A stretch of 62,102 bases of DNA, the filler included, from Ionaspis alba (Eukaryota), in the NCBI GenBank assembly GCA_964255285.1. It is 12 parts of 12 records of this genome, joined end to end, with 100 filler letters (N's around TTAATTAATTAA, not from the genome) between each part and the next. Parts side by side here need not be neighbours in the genome. Positions count along the whole stretch, not along the records: positions 46,851 to 51,875 come from CAXUUL010001044.1; positions 51,976 to 56,991 come from CAXUUL010001045.1; positions 57,092 to 62,102 come from CAXUUL010001046.1; 9 more parts are not named here. One strand, written 5' to 3'. Of this stretch, positions 49,309 to 61,692 are shown piece by piece. The notes beneath the pieces are model-generated. The model saw only the letters and a program-made list of their open reading frames with translations. It made no database searches and was not told the origin of the DNA. The first letter of the stretch is position 1. Every line of letters starts with the position of its first letter. Position numbers and translations under genes: made by a program.

Positions 49309-52300
49309 TTTTGGCGACGTCCTGCGCCCCAGGTGGAACTTCTTCAGGCGAGAATCAATCCACGGTCACATTGGCCGTTTTATGTATGGCAAGACACTAT
49401 ACGACGACTCTGGTGATCGTTTTGAGCAGCAGAAAACCGATGTGATAACTGCAGGATCCCTGCTGAGCACGGTTTAGGCTGCTGGTGAGTAAGATCTCTC
49501 GGTAGAGGACGACACGAGTCTGGGAAGGAACAGAGGAAGAATGGATTTGAAAGAGTTGAGCCACTACAGGGAGATGGAATGGGAGGAGGACGAAGGAGGT
49601 TGCATATAGAGGGTCCTGAGCGGCGGATAAGGGTCCTGGGTCTCCAGGTTGCGTAGGAGGTTGCTCCTCCCTACGGACGACTCCTTCCAGGGCTGGCTGG
49701 TACGTAGGAGCAGGCAGATCTCCCTTGATTGGAACTGGACCCACGGGTGTGCACGACGATACGTGGTTTAGGGTTTAGCAGGACACTTGGGCTTTTCAAG
49801 TTTCCCAGATACGTACTGCATCGCGTGCGGAAGAACGTTCCAGGAAGCAGGGCATTGGGGAGGTGACGATCGAGTGGAAGACAAGGGATGGGTGAGTTGC
49901 ACTTTCGACGGGACATGCAGACGTTGCTTGTTGCTTTGGGGGGGGGTGTATGGGGAAAACAGCCTTTGCCATCCACACTCGGGCCGTTCGTCACCCCATG
50001 TTTCCCATTCCCTCTTGTTTTGCCCATGATTATAGCCGCCACAAAGGAATCAGCGAAATGCCGTTCAAGCGACGGCCCATGACAGATTCCCTGCAGCGCC
50101 CTGGAGCAAGGTCCGAAGCCAACCACGCGTTGCGTTACCACTCACCATTCCTACAAGCTGCTACCAAGCACGATGGACCACGCCAAACAGGTCGCAAGAT
50201 GTACCGCGTAAACGGCTTCTGCTAGCTATGATTCGACGTGACTTGATAATCTCTCTCCGGACCCTTTGCCACGCGTGTTTGATCTTCTTTCTCATGTTGA
50301 AGAATAGCATGTGGTCGGACCATCCTCCGGCTCTTATGATTCAGTGTAGCAAAGAACCGGAGCAAAGCTCCGCTGATGACCACAGCACCTGATCGTAGAG
50401 ATACTCATGGTGTATATCTTGAGCGGGTGGGGAGGAAGGACAACACCCGTCATCAAGGGTCCATACACTCTCGATTGGAAAGCAGGGCAGAGCAAGGGAC
50501 TGATCACCGTACGACGAATAGTACTGTAGCCACCAGCACTCTCAACACCACACAAGGCATCATGATTACTCTGAGCAAAGGATGGACCCTGGATGGACCA
50601 GTCCTGACCCGCCGGAAATAGCTCCGGGATCCAGATTCGAGGCATCTGATTGGAGGAGTGGCAAAGCTGGACCCTACACCAGAGGTGCAGCAGTCAAGAA
50701 ACCACGAGACCCTGAGCAGTAGCACGAAGTGGCTTGGAACGACAAGGACCCTGGCCTGGAAGCGAAAATGAGGAGATTGCTACGTGCGTTGCGAGGAAGT
50801 GTACCAGAACGCCTTTTCGAGTTCCGCCCTTTTCCTTCCGGAGCATTGTGCCCGTCCAATCAGCTACCCATGCTCTTCCGCACTTTCCAGTTCTGCCTCT
50901 CAACAATGTGCGCGAGGCGGAACATTTCATACTCCGACCACCGGGAAATGTCTGGGGACATGTCTCGGTCTTTCGAAACGTCATCGCAAGCACGAGACAA
51001 TTTCATTCATGCAAAATCCAATCAAATGTGTAAAAGTCGCTTACTGGAGATTTACCATTCTGCAATCTTGTATGGAGTCCTCAATAATCTTACTCAATTT
51101 TCTTCTCTAAGTAGCAGTGCAAGATCGGTCGATCTGCAACCCCGAGCATGCAGGGACCGCATAATGGTCCTCCACGATAGTCCCCAAAAATGCCATGGCC
51201 ATTTTCTCGATCTCTATATGAAATCTCGATGCCTTGCCTCGATCCGACTGTCCCACGCTACAATAGCCGCTAAAGCGGAGCGACCTCCTACGAGATCTGT
51301 CCCGCTCCGCCATTGGCTACGATAGCTCGGTTGCTGGCTGAAAGGCTAAACAGACTAGACTCTGGATTGTCCAAAGATTGCACAACGGCATGGATTGAAT
51401 CGACCCGCTCTTTCTTTTGGTGACGCATCTTCGTTCCAATTCGCTATACTAGATGTGCATAAGTGGGAAGATCTCCTTACATAGGCTTTTCAGATAGACT
51501 TCGAACTATCTTACTTACACGTCTGAACAGTACTAACTAATTGTCTGTATTCGCTTCATACAACCGACAGCAGGAGTGGCCCCCCACATGCACATCCTTC
51601 GAATCACTCTCTCACCCGCCCGTTCCATGAAGTACCTCACATCTCTCGAAACCAACACATGATCCTTGGAAGCGGTACAACCTCGGCGATACATCTACAT
51701 GACTCTCTTACCGATCTCACTGACCCTTGTCTTGGCAGCGGGGTTACCTCCGGCGGTCTGCCATCCAATCAAGATTTTGTATCTCCATTCTAGCCTTTTA
51801 GCCCTTTTAGACGAGGAATTCGCAATCATTGAGCAGCATTCAGAAGTCGAGAATTTGTCTGGGTTGTGTTTGTTTNNNNNNNNNNNNNNNNNNNNNNNNN
51901 NNNNNNNNNNNNNNNNNNNTTAATTAATTAANNNNNNNNNNNNNNNNNNNNNNNNNNNNNNNNNNNNNNNNNNNNGTGTGGTGGGTTTTAGTGGGTGGGT
52001 TTGGTTGTGATGGCGGGTTGTTCTGGGGTTTGTGATTGTGTTGTGGGTGGGTTTGAGTATGGAGTTTGTGATGTAGTGTTTGGCTGTGGATTATTGCGAG
52101 AGGATACCGTATGGGCGAGGTGAGAATGACGTCATGTTAGTCGTCAAAGGTTGACTTGGATATTTCGGAAAAACTTGACTCTCTTTGTGTTCAGGGACAA
52201 GCATGTCTCCTGTACGGAGTCGTATGGATTTAGAGGGGTTCTTGAGATCCCGGTCACGTATCCGCGAGAGGTCCGATGAGGAAGGCCTGAAGACCTCGAG

Positions 52301-54476
52301 ACCTTCATCCACCTGTTTCAGCATGGATTAGGGAATCTATAATGTGGTTGCAGCTCGTTGTGAATCTGCCTGGCGAATATTTTGGAGCACTGAATCTTTT
52401 TGAACGAAACCTTCATGCTACATTCCGTTTCGGGATGCTGGTGAAACAATATCGTTCGGAGCTTGGTTGCTTCGTTGCCCTTCCTTGTGGCCTGTGCTAG
52501 GCATTCCGCTGCTCAGGAGGCCAGCAAGACCGATGTTTGACTACAGGTATGGCGGATGCATCCACGGCCGGGAGGTGGATATTGAAGTCTTGACACGGAC
52601 AATTCAGACATTCGAAGGGGCCGTCCTCGGGTCTTGAATTTTGGTTGTCAGTTCCGCGTCTGTCTCAGGAAGGGTATCTATCTACCCTGACCATCACAAC
52701 TATGTAGCCGAAAATCACCACCGCACATCTACCCAACCACACTAAATGGAGTTTATGATTCAAGAACGGGAATTCACTCAAGGTGATCCTCGCGCTCAAA
52801 ACAACCTCCGACAAGAATCCAAAAATGGTCTCATCCCTGATCCCACGTTGCCTCCCAAAAATGCCGCGTTGCGGCGCAGTCAATGGAACCTCTCCCACCC
52901 CACACGGACCCACTGAAACAGAGATGGATCAACTAATGCATTGCACATGACTTGCAGAGCCACGTTTTCGAAGGATAGAGGAGGTCTTGCTCCTTCGAGC
53001 TTGTTATCGCGGGCTGAGCTCCGTCGTCCGGTTATGCATGGATCGGGACAATCGATAAGGGCGGTTAGTGGGTGTGTGAGTTTACAGTAATCTGAGAAGA
53101 GCTGGATATGGACTACATGAAGGCTGTTGATAGACGTACAATGAACAAGTTCTAACACTTGCCTAATGTAACTGATGTTACAGTGCCCCGTTACCTGAGA
53201 TCTGTAGGCATATGGTGCTGCTTCCATTGCTCTTGATAAGAAGGTGATGATCAGCTGCGTGTAAGTCAACGTAGGTGACCGATGCGATGAAATGTTAGGA
53301 GGGTGATAGGCAGAGGAGCTCCCTGCCTTGATTAGATCCCGAACCATCACGAGAATGATAGACGTCTGTGTCCGGTCATCATGTAGCAGAATGGTTCGAG
53401 ATTCATAATCATTCAAAAACTCCGACAAACAGTGTCTGATTGTACATCAGCGGCATTCCCTGATAGGCAGCTCAGAAGATCTTGACCTGGTCTTGGCATC
53501 CCACGAGCGAATTGAGTCATTAGGGTAAGGACAACAAGTGTAGATAACTTGCACAGCCTTGCACAGTGTCTCAGATTTCCGAGAAATGATAAGGGAGGAG
53601 GACTTGATAAGCTTTGTCTGACGACAATGAGTATTCTTGATATAAGACATACAATATGAAAAGAGTAGACAGCTAGAGTTGTAAAGTCCGGGTACATCCT
53701 CAACAACCAGAGCAGGCAATCGTTATAAGAAATGAACGAGTCAAATGAAGGACAAAACGAAAACTCATAGTAATGAGATGTATTCCCCCGGAAGAGAGCT
53801 AATCAATCTTTTGCTGGCGCCGGGGATTCATCTCAGCTGAAACCCCAGAGTCTGCTTGCCAAATGTTCATTAGTACGAAGAACATCTTTCTTAGCATTTG
53901 TCTCTAGAGTTGCTTCGAGGACTATGGCGTCCTCCGCGCACAAAGGTAGCGCTGTGGCTTGCCAATTCTGCTAAGAATGCCATCTTATATTAGCAAAGGC
54001 AATGGAAGCGCATGTGAAGCAGAGATTATTCCATTCACAAATTTGTACAAGCGAGCAATAATAATGAGAATTATGCTGGCGTCTGTCGTAATCAGCCAAT
54101 GAGCATCAGCTCCGAATGCACGCCCTTCGAACTTCCTTACATAGTGCACCCCAGAATGCTTCCTCACCTTCCATCCGCCAGTGCTGCCTGCTCGCAGCCT
54201 ATCGATTCGCTCGTGTGCACGTCGTGTGCTCGTGCAAAACCCATGGGTCGATTTCGAGTCTATTCCATGGAGGGGTTTCCTCTCTCTCACCCTCTCGGTC
54301 TTCCTTTCCTTTGCTCGTAATTGTCTACAAGCACAAACACTTGTATCGAGCAGCGTTGTGTCACTCTTGCAAGAATTTGTTCCTTGCGTCAAGTATTGAA
54401 AAACCTGTGCAGTTTCTTCCTTGTCTCTATTGCACGAGCTGGGGCACGCGATCAAATTCCCGTTTCGTAGATCACC

Positions 54477-55637
54477 ATGCCACGTCCCGGCCTGCCTCCC
54501 ACTCCTGCCTCTTCTACGGATATCCATGGTAAAGACGAAGCCCAAATCTCAAACTTCGAAACTTCATTCACGCTACCACCACCAGCGATGTCTTCTACAG
54601 CCAGTAATGGCTCCTCGAGTACTTCCGTCAAGTCCGACTCCTCGTATCATCCTGTTTCACCAAGTTCCCCCATTGACAAAGCACCGACACCGAAACGCAG
54701 ACGGACCTTGAGTGTCAAACAGCCAGAAATGCAAAAGTCTAGCACCAACTTCTCGCTGCCACCACCCCCAACGAGATCAAGGAAGATCATTCAAATGAAG
54801 CCGGGTCCTTCCAATCCCTCTCCGACCATACCACCAACGACTGCGAAAGCAGTGGTGGGATCTACTCCCAAAGGTAGAAAACAACCCGTTTCTACCAGCG
54901 CGGCAGGCAAGAAGATAGCACGAAAGACAGCTCACAGCCTCATCGAGCGACGGCGCCGGTCGAAGATGAACGAGGAATTCGGCGTGCTGAAGGACATGAT
55001 ACCAGCCTGCAAGGATCAAGAGATGCACAAACTGGCGATCCTACAAGCATCTATAGACTATCTTCGCTATCTTGAGCAATGTGTCAAAGATCTAAAGGCC
55101 GCCAACGGCAAGTCTGTTGATTCTAGTGAGCAGCTTTCACAGACCACTCGACAGAATGCGTTCTCAAAAGCCCACAACGAGATCTCAGAAGACGAAGATG
55201 ATGACGAAGATGACGAAGACGAGATTGAAACGCCCCACCTCACAGCATCCCCCGCTCTGACTGCAGTGCCATCCGCCGAATCCTTCTCCGCGGCCTACAC
55301 TTCCACAATGCAGAACTCGCCCCACTCCGCCTACGCCTCCACAAACGTCTCTCCGACTATCTTTCCAGACCGTCGCCGTGTAACCTCATCCTACTCTTCC
55401 GCAAACTCTGCTCTACCATCACCAGCATTCTCGGCACAGAGCTACCAGCACTGCAACTATGATAACCGTCGCTCAACATATGTCCAGTCGACGGATGTCT
55501 CACCGGCTATTCTGCCTATGGCTATGCAGGATGCGGATCATGAGGCAACTGCTGCGCTCCTTATGCTGAATACGGATCGCAGACACGATGGGAGAAAGAA
55601 GAGGGGCATGAGTGTTCAGGATTTGTTAAGTGCTTAG
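54477..55637 (+). CDS. bHLH transcription factor
   Basis: ARKTAHSLIERRRRSKMNEEF..LKDMIP..MHKLAILQASIDYLRYLE, with an acidic tract and Ser/Pro-rich flanks. Confidence 0.92.
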   Translation: MPRPGLPPTPASSTDIHGKDEAQISNFETSFTLPPPAMSSTASNGSSSTSVKSDSSYHPVSPSSPIDKAPTPKRRRTLSVKQPEMQKSSTNFSLPPPPTRSRKIIQMKPGPSNPSPTIPPTTAKAVVGSTPKGRKQPVSTSAAGKKIARKTAHSLIERRRRSKMNEEFGVLKDMIPACKDQEMHKLAILQASIDYLRYLEQCVKDLKAANGKSVDSSEQLSQTTRQNAFSKAHNEISEDEDDDEDDEDEIETPHLTASPALTAVPSAESFSAAYTSTMQNSPHSAYASTNVSPTIFPDRRRVTSSYSSANSALPSPAFSAQSYQHCNYDNRRSTYVQSTDVSPAILPMAMQDADHEATAALLMLNTDRRHDGRKKRGMSVQDLLSA

Positions 55638-55817
55638 ATTTCTACTTATTCTGATCTCTACTNNNNNNNNNNNNNNNNNNNNNNNNNNNNNNNNNNNNNN
55701 NNNNNNNNNNNNNNNNNNNNNNNNNNNNNNNNNNNNNNNNNNNNNNNNNNNNNNNNNNNNNNATGAGTGTTCAGGATTTGTTAAGTGCTTAGATTTCTAC
55801 TTATTCTGATCTCTACT
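55608..55817. repeat. 55-bp exact direct repeat flanking a 100-N gap (assembly overlap artefact)
   Basis: 55608-55662 is identical to 55763-55817. Confidence 0.9.
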
Positions 55818-56023
55818 TTCCCATGCCGATATTTGGACGAGACGCATTAGATAATCGGCGGAGTTTCATTTCTTTTGCTTTGCATCAAGCGCGGCGTTAC
55901 GGATATCTGTAACCGCAGAACACAAAAGTCGGGAACTGGAGGATAATTAATTGACTGCATGTATTGAGCGAGATCTTTCAAAAGCATAGGTTATCTAATA
56001 AACAAAAAACCACTCCTACTGCG

Positions 56024-56991
56024 TCACCATCCGAAAGTCTCAGTATGCAAAGCCACCTCGCGCAACTCGCCAGCCCACACCCTCCCCTGCGCCTTGGCCA
56101 CGGCATTGGAAAGATCAATCTTCATGCTCTCAGGTCCACAACCCAGCACGCAAGTCCTCGGAGCCTCCAATACCTGCAAGATCCGCTCGTCGAGTAGTGG
56201 TCGGCCCATGTGGAGGATGTCAGGTCGCTGTAGCAACTCCGGCGTTTTGTCCGATCCAATAGATTCGGGAAGTTCTTGCACAGCGCTGCTGGCTTTTTTC
56301 ACAATCCCATCATATTGGTCGTTCCTCTCAGCGTCAATTGCCGAACCAGCATCATCTGTGATATAGAACTCGTACGAGACCGAACCTGACGGTGCCATTG
56401 CTTGTGCCCGATTGAGTTCTTCGTGCAACCAGTGCAGATGCACTTTCTTCCTGACGACCCAGAGCAATTTCACCTGCGTGACTGTGACATTCCCTGCCGT
56501 CATGCGATCGGCGAGATGGAGGAGCCAGGAGATGGAGGCGGTAATTCCGCCGCCACCGGCAACGAGAATGATGCTGTCGTAGAGGTTCTCGGGCTTGGTC
56601 GATAGTCCGCCGTAGGGACCATCGACCATGGTTTGCAGGGTGATATCCGTGTTGGATTTGGTGTATGTGGACAGTCGGTGGGTAAAGCCTTTGTGTGGTC
56701 GAACTAGGAATACCAGGGTGTGGACAACTGAAAGCTTCTCGTGCCCAACTTGGGTGCCTAGCGATGAGGCTATAGTGAAGGGGTGATTATCAAGCAGAGA
56801 TAAGCTAGGAATACGCAGGAAGCAATGCTGACCAGGTCTCCATCTGTACGTGCTGGGAACCAGGACTTGCAGCTTCAACATGTTGCCAGGAAGACTCTGG
56901 ACATTCGATGGGAACCCTTCCATCCATGAGCGGCGGATGGAGAAGGCGCTGCTTTTGTAGAAAATGCGGCCGAAGAGGGAGAAGAGCCAGA
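56024..56991 (-). CDS. Ferric/cupric reductase (FRE family), FAD and NADPH domains (5' truncated)
   Basis: WRPGQH, HPFTI, DGPYG, LVAGGGGIT, GCGP, LHTETFGW. Confidence 0.9.
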
Positions 56992-57624
56992 NNNNNNNNN
57001 NNNNNNNNNNNNNNNNNNNNNNNNNNNNNNNNNNNTTAATTAATTAANNNNNNNNNNNNNNNNNNNNNNNNNNNNNNNNNNNNNNNNNNNNATTGGCAAA
57101 CTTGAGGCTGAATAATAATGGCGTGTGTGGCTTACTAGGGCCTCTTTCCCGTATGATTTTCCTTCCTTTTCCTCCCTGCTATTGATATCTGGCCCCCGTC
57201 GCACTGCCTGTCCTGCCCCCTGTCCTTCCCCCTGCTTAACTCGGTGTGCTAACGAAACTTTCCCTGGCAACTGTATCTAGGTACCTGATACATCGCCGAT
57301 TTTGAGCAGATGACCGAGCGCCTCGCTGATTGCTGTTCGCCGCTTTAGCAGCTTCAGGCGGTTACACAGGCGCTTAAACGCTCCGTGGTTCCCGTGCTGT
57401 GTTGGAGAGACCGGGTCCTTCACTTTCAGCTCTCCGGACCAAGATGTGCAAAATGAGGGAAGCGTATGAGCCATGCGGCGGGGTGAGAGGTCTGTATGGA
57501 AGACTAAACGTCTTTTTACTCTTTGTGCGGCTTATGTTTTCCTCCAACCTCGATTCTATTGAGTATGTCTTGAAATTAATTGGTCACAACATTTCTCACT
57601 CTGCATCTGGGTTATCACCCGGAC

Positions 57625-58625
57625 ATGTCTCTCTTTTTTCTTAGTCTTTTCATTGCATCGGCCGTATCAATTTGCTATTATCCGGATGGTTCGACTGCTC
57701 CTCAGGATACGCCCTGCAACAATCATGGTGGCAATACCACTTGTTGCGGGCAGGGCTACGCATGTCTATCGAATACGATTTGCATGTCAGTTCCAGGGTT
57801 GACGAATGATCCTAACTCGTTGAGTTCATATGTTCGTGGAAGCTGTACGGATAAGTCCTGGCTGTCACCAGATTGTCCACTGTTTTGTTTGGACCCGAAA
57901 GTCGGTAAGAGACATTTTTCGTACCAATATTATTTACAATCACTGACACCCAAGAAACAGATAATATAAGTGGTGGAGAGGGCATCTCAAAATGCCAGAA
58001 CACAGATACTGACTCTTACTGCTGTGTTGACGATACATTAAGTGCGTGCAATTGCAGTTCGGGTTCCGGCGCGTTGCGCTTTCAAGGCACCCCTTCAGCG
58101 CTCACAACGATTGGCTTTACACCATCAACACCTTCATCGAGTGCCACTTCAGCTCAGACATCTTCTTCTGCTTCTTCCACCTCTCTGTCATCATCGCTCG
58201 TGACCAGTTCTGCGACAATCGCGAGTTCAACCCTGTCCTCCATTTCAAGCGCTTCTAGTCAACCGACGCCAATACCCACGTCTTCTTTATCAACTGTGAA
58301 CAGCGCTGCAATTGGTGCTGGTGTTGGCGTACCAGTCGGCCTTCTGATCATCGGTGCGACTGTGTTTTATTTTTACAGGAGCCGAAAGAATCGCAAGCCA
58401 AACCCTGCACCAATCCGGCAAGAAGGGGTATACGAAATGAGAGGCGGGCCGTCGGAGTCTCTAAAGTTCAAGGCGCATCCGCAGCTTCGTGACCCGTATC
58501 AAGGGAACGAAGGTCCACACAATGAAATGTTAGGTAGCACGGGCGAGTCTGAGCTTCCAGAAGGCCCAAACACTCACCGCTATGAGCTTCCTTCAAAACA
58601 ACACAGCCCCGCCATACACATATAG
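57625..58625 (+). CDS. Type I membrane protein: signal peptide, Cys-rich ectodomain, Ser/Thr stalk, TM helix, cytosolic tail (Mid2-like topology)
   Basis: MSLFFLSLFIASAVS, CYYPDG..PC..CC..C...C..RGSCTD..W...CP..C. Intron 57905-57960. TM AAIGAGVGVPVGLLIIGATVFYFY followed by RSRK. Confidence 0.8.
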
Positions 58626-58789
58626 AGACAGGGTATTGCAAGATGGGGTTTTCACGTCGATTTAGGTATATATTGTGGTGATAACTATAATGTTATTCAA
58701 TATATATACTTCTATAGGCGCTGTGCGCTTTATCCATGGCCACATATCAGCCCTCAATCATGGACAACATGTACAATAGGAGTAACTAT

Positions 58790-60506
58790 TCAATGCAGGA
58801 TAGTACCTGCCCTAGGTCGTTTAAAGGGATGTGCCTCAGTGTTGCTATGATTCGCATTAGCTTATCCAAATAAAAATAGAAACGAGCATAAGCTTACAAG
58901 ACATAATCATTCAAACTGATTACATCCGGCTCGCTGAAGATCAGATAGAAGTACTTCAAGGTCTCAGCCGGCCAAAAGCTCTCCATCCTATCAGATTTGG
59001 GAGGTTGCGGAAGAGTGATATCGTCAAGAGCGGCGTAAGCGATATCAGTTCGAGCATGTTTCTCGATGGCCTGGAACATCTTCCAGGCTTTGTCCTGTAG
59101 CGTCTTGTCACCTGTGATACGATAGAGAATGAACACCGACTCGATTGCCTCAGGCCTGTAGCACACATCTCAGCGAAACTGCAATAAAAACATTAGCAAC
59201 GATTCTCACCTCAGGATATACCGTCGATCAGGAATATCGATAAATCCAGGTGGTATTCGCTCCTTCTCTATCCGCGTTCGCGCATCGCGTTGGGCATCGT
59301 TGGTGCGATTTATGATTCCATCATGCCATCTTTCCTCCGACCACTGGCAATTGTCTGTGCAAGGAATGGCGTGGAAAGTCTCAGGCATAATACCCGTATA
59401 AAAAGATTCATACGCCCATAAACACCCATCGACCAGNNNNNNNNNNNNNNNNNNNNNNNNNNNNNNNNNNNNNNNNNNNNNNNNNNNNNNNNNNNNNNNN
59501 NNNNNNNNNNNNNNNNNNNNNNNNNNNNNNNNNNNNACGACCACTGGAAACATCCCTGGTAGCTTAGTGCGATTTTGCTGAGCCACAAAATGCCCTGTGA
59601 TACGCTGAACTGCATCGTAATATTTAGGATTGCCTGAGAGCTGAGATAGACGAGTAAATTCGAGTGATAATGATCCAATCTCAGCAACAAGGACGCCATC
59701 GCCGGCTTCTTGGGCTTCTCCGTTTTGAGCACTACCTATTATATCAGCCGTCCATAGCAGTTCTGAGCAAAGCCAGATCAGTCTCACGTTTTCCATTTCC
59801 ATCGGGTTATAGGCATTCTGTTGGGTGTGTCAAAGGCTGCATAGATCATGTCTCCGAGCTCGATGGCTTTTTCTAATAGAACAGGCCTCCCACTCAGATC
59901 GTAGGCGGAGAGGAAGCCACCAAGATACCGAATAGTGGTTTCGAAGATATTGATTTCTTCCTCGGTTGAAATCGTGAAATCAATTTTGTCGACTTCGACA
60001 ACAGCCTTGTCAAAATCATCTCGTAGTCCCACAATCCATAAAGTATCCAACGAATCAACCAAGGTGGCAGCCCATCCCCCGAACGAGTCTCTATATCCTC
60101 CCGACAGCGGAGACACCTCATCTTTCATCCATGCATGGGTTTTGTACCCATCCCATGTATGCACAAATGCATCTTTGACAGATTGTAACCGGGCCAAACG
60201 CACACTTTTCGCGTTGGAGTCTTCTCTGGAGCTGAAGTTATGCTGTATTTTTGGAATGTTCCGCGTGCGACCAGTGGGTAGACCCGTCGTCAAATTTACA
60301 GGATATCGCTGTGGACGGTCTCTCCAACGGAACACGCCATCCTCTTGGGGACGAGAGGGTTGTGGAGGTACAGCATCTATCCCAGAGTTTTGTCCCCAGC
60401 GAGACGGTGACTCGAAGCCCGCAAAATTCCTTAGGGTATAAAAACTGACGAACAGAATGAAAATCAGGATAAAAACTAGCTGAAAACGTCTGGATGGGAA
60501 AGGCAT
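58790..60506 (-). CDS. Class I alpha-1,2-mannosidase, GH47 (internal N gap 59437-59536)
   Basis: N-terminal TM anchor, FGGWAATLVDSLDTL, FETTIRYLGG, AEIGSLSLEF, LRPEAIES, MESFW.AETLKY, NTEAHP. Confidence 0.93.
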
Positions 60507-61692
60507 GGCACGCGGGAAAGTGGAAATGATGATAGGAACATATTGGAAAAGAAAATTGTCCACATCTTGTACCCTGACACGGCTTGTGCTGCATGCGAAC
60601 GGCGTATAATCCATCAATAATACCCTCGAGTTCTGGGACGCTCCTTTAAGGGCGGCAATAAGGCACTAAACTACTTCAGGGCACCACAGCCGTAGTGCTC
60701 GGGGCCAATGACTATGTCCTGCGTGTTTCAGGATGGCGGATTCTTCAGCTTCCAAATTTTACGTTTACGTAGCTCTTGAACCTGAGCGTCGTTGATGATT
60801 TGGTCATAAGTCGCGATTTTACATCTCAGGATCGATAGAACATGATTTTCTGTATCTAGGACGCCATGTGACCCTTTATAGGTAGTCAGGGTAATCTAGC
60901 CTAAGACAAAAACGAGTACGTGAGGATAGACGTCCCACCGCAAAAACCCTTCTTTGATAGTACATAACGAAACAGCAATTTATTACCATTACCAGCCAAT
61001 AATTGTTGAGCTATTGTCAAGCAGTGATCTAAAGCCTCAAAATAGGCTGCCATATTCCTGAGCCAGCATACGATTACCAAAGATATTTTTTCTGGTAAAA
61101 CCTCACCGCCACTCTTCCAATAGTTCATCTGGGATTTGGGATTGTATTTGCTCGTTGATGAGGTTATGAAGATCCGTGCTCCTATTTGCATTCGTATTTT
61201 GAGGATACACCATTGCTTGTGAAACGTTAGGGTGAATGTTTAAGTTAGTGATATTTTGGGTTATCAAGTCGATAGTCGTTATCGGAAGGATTCTGATCCG
61301 GGCGTTTATTTTCTAAATTTAGATGCGGGAAACGTTACGCGCAGCAGCGATCCCAGTCCACTGTTTTTCGAATCGTTAGGCAGCAGTTTAGGCAGCAGCT
61401 GACACCCTCGCAACACCACACCCAATCACCCGCTGCCAATCACCCAGACTCTCGCGACGCTCGGCCGCGTCGCGCGACAATAGAGCGGCGCTCACCCGAC
61501 ACCCGATCGGGGACGTGGTCGGGGCAGATCTGTGTCTTCTTGGCAAGCCCTAACATTTGTCCCGCTTCGACTCCATATGCAACTTTGACGAGCTTCACAC
61601 AGCATCAGATACATTCTCTCGCATTGCTTCTTATCATTCACATAAGCGTATGCAAGTACCGACTACGAACCAATCTTATAATCAAATTCAGG

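Noticed and set aside
49397..54545. Many 60-200 aa ORFs upstream of the two transcription-factor genes
   Set aside because: No motifs, and they overlap in conflicting frames. Better explained as long regulatory or UTR DNA.
48106..55637. Apparent divergent C2H2/bHLH transcription-factor pair with a 5-kb shared promoter
   Set aside because: A linker at 51876-51975 separates them, so they are on different scaffolds.
5189..57091. Regularly spaced TTAATTAATTAA motif as a biological repeat or CRISPR-like array
   Set aside because: Always embedded in 44 N on each side. It is an artificial six-frame-stop linker.
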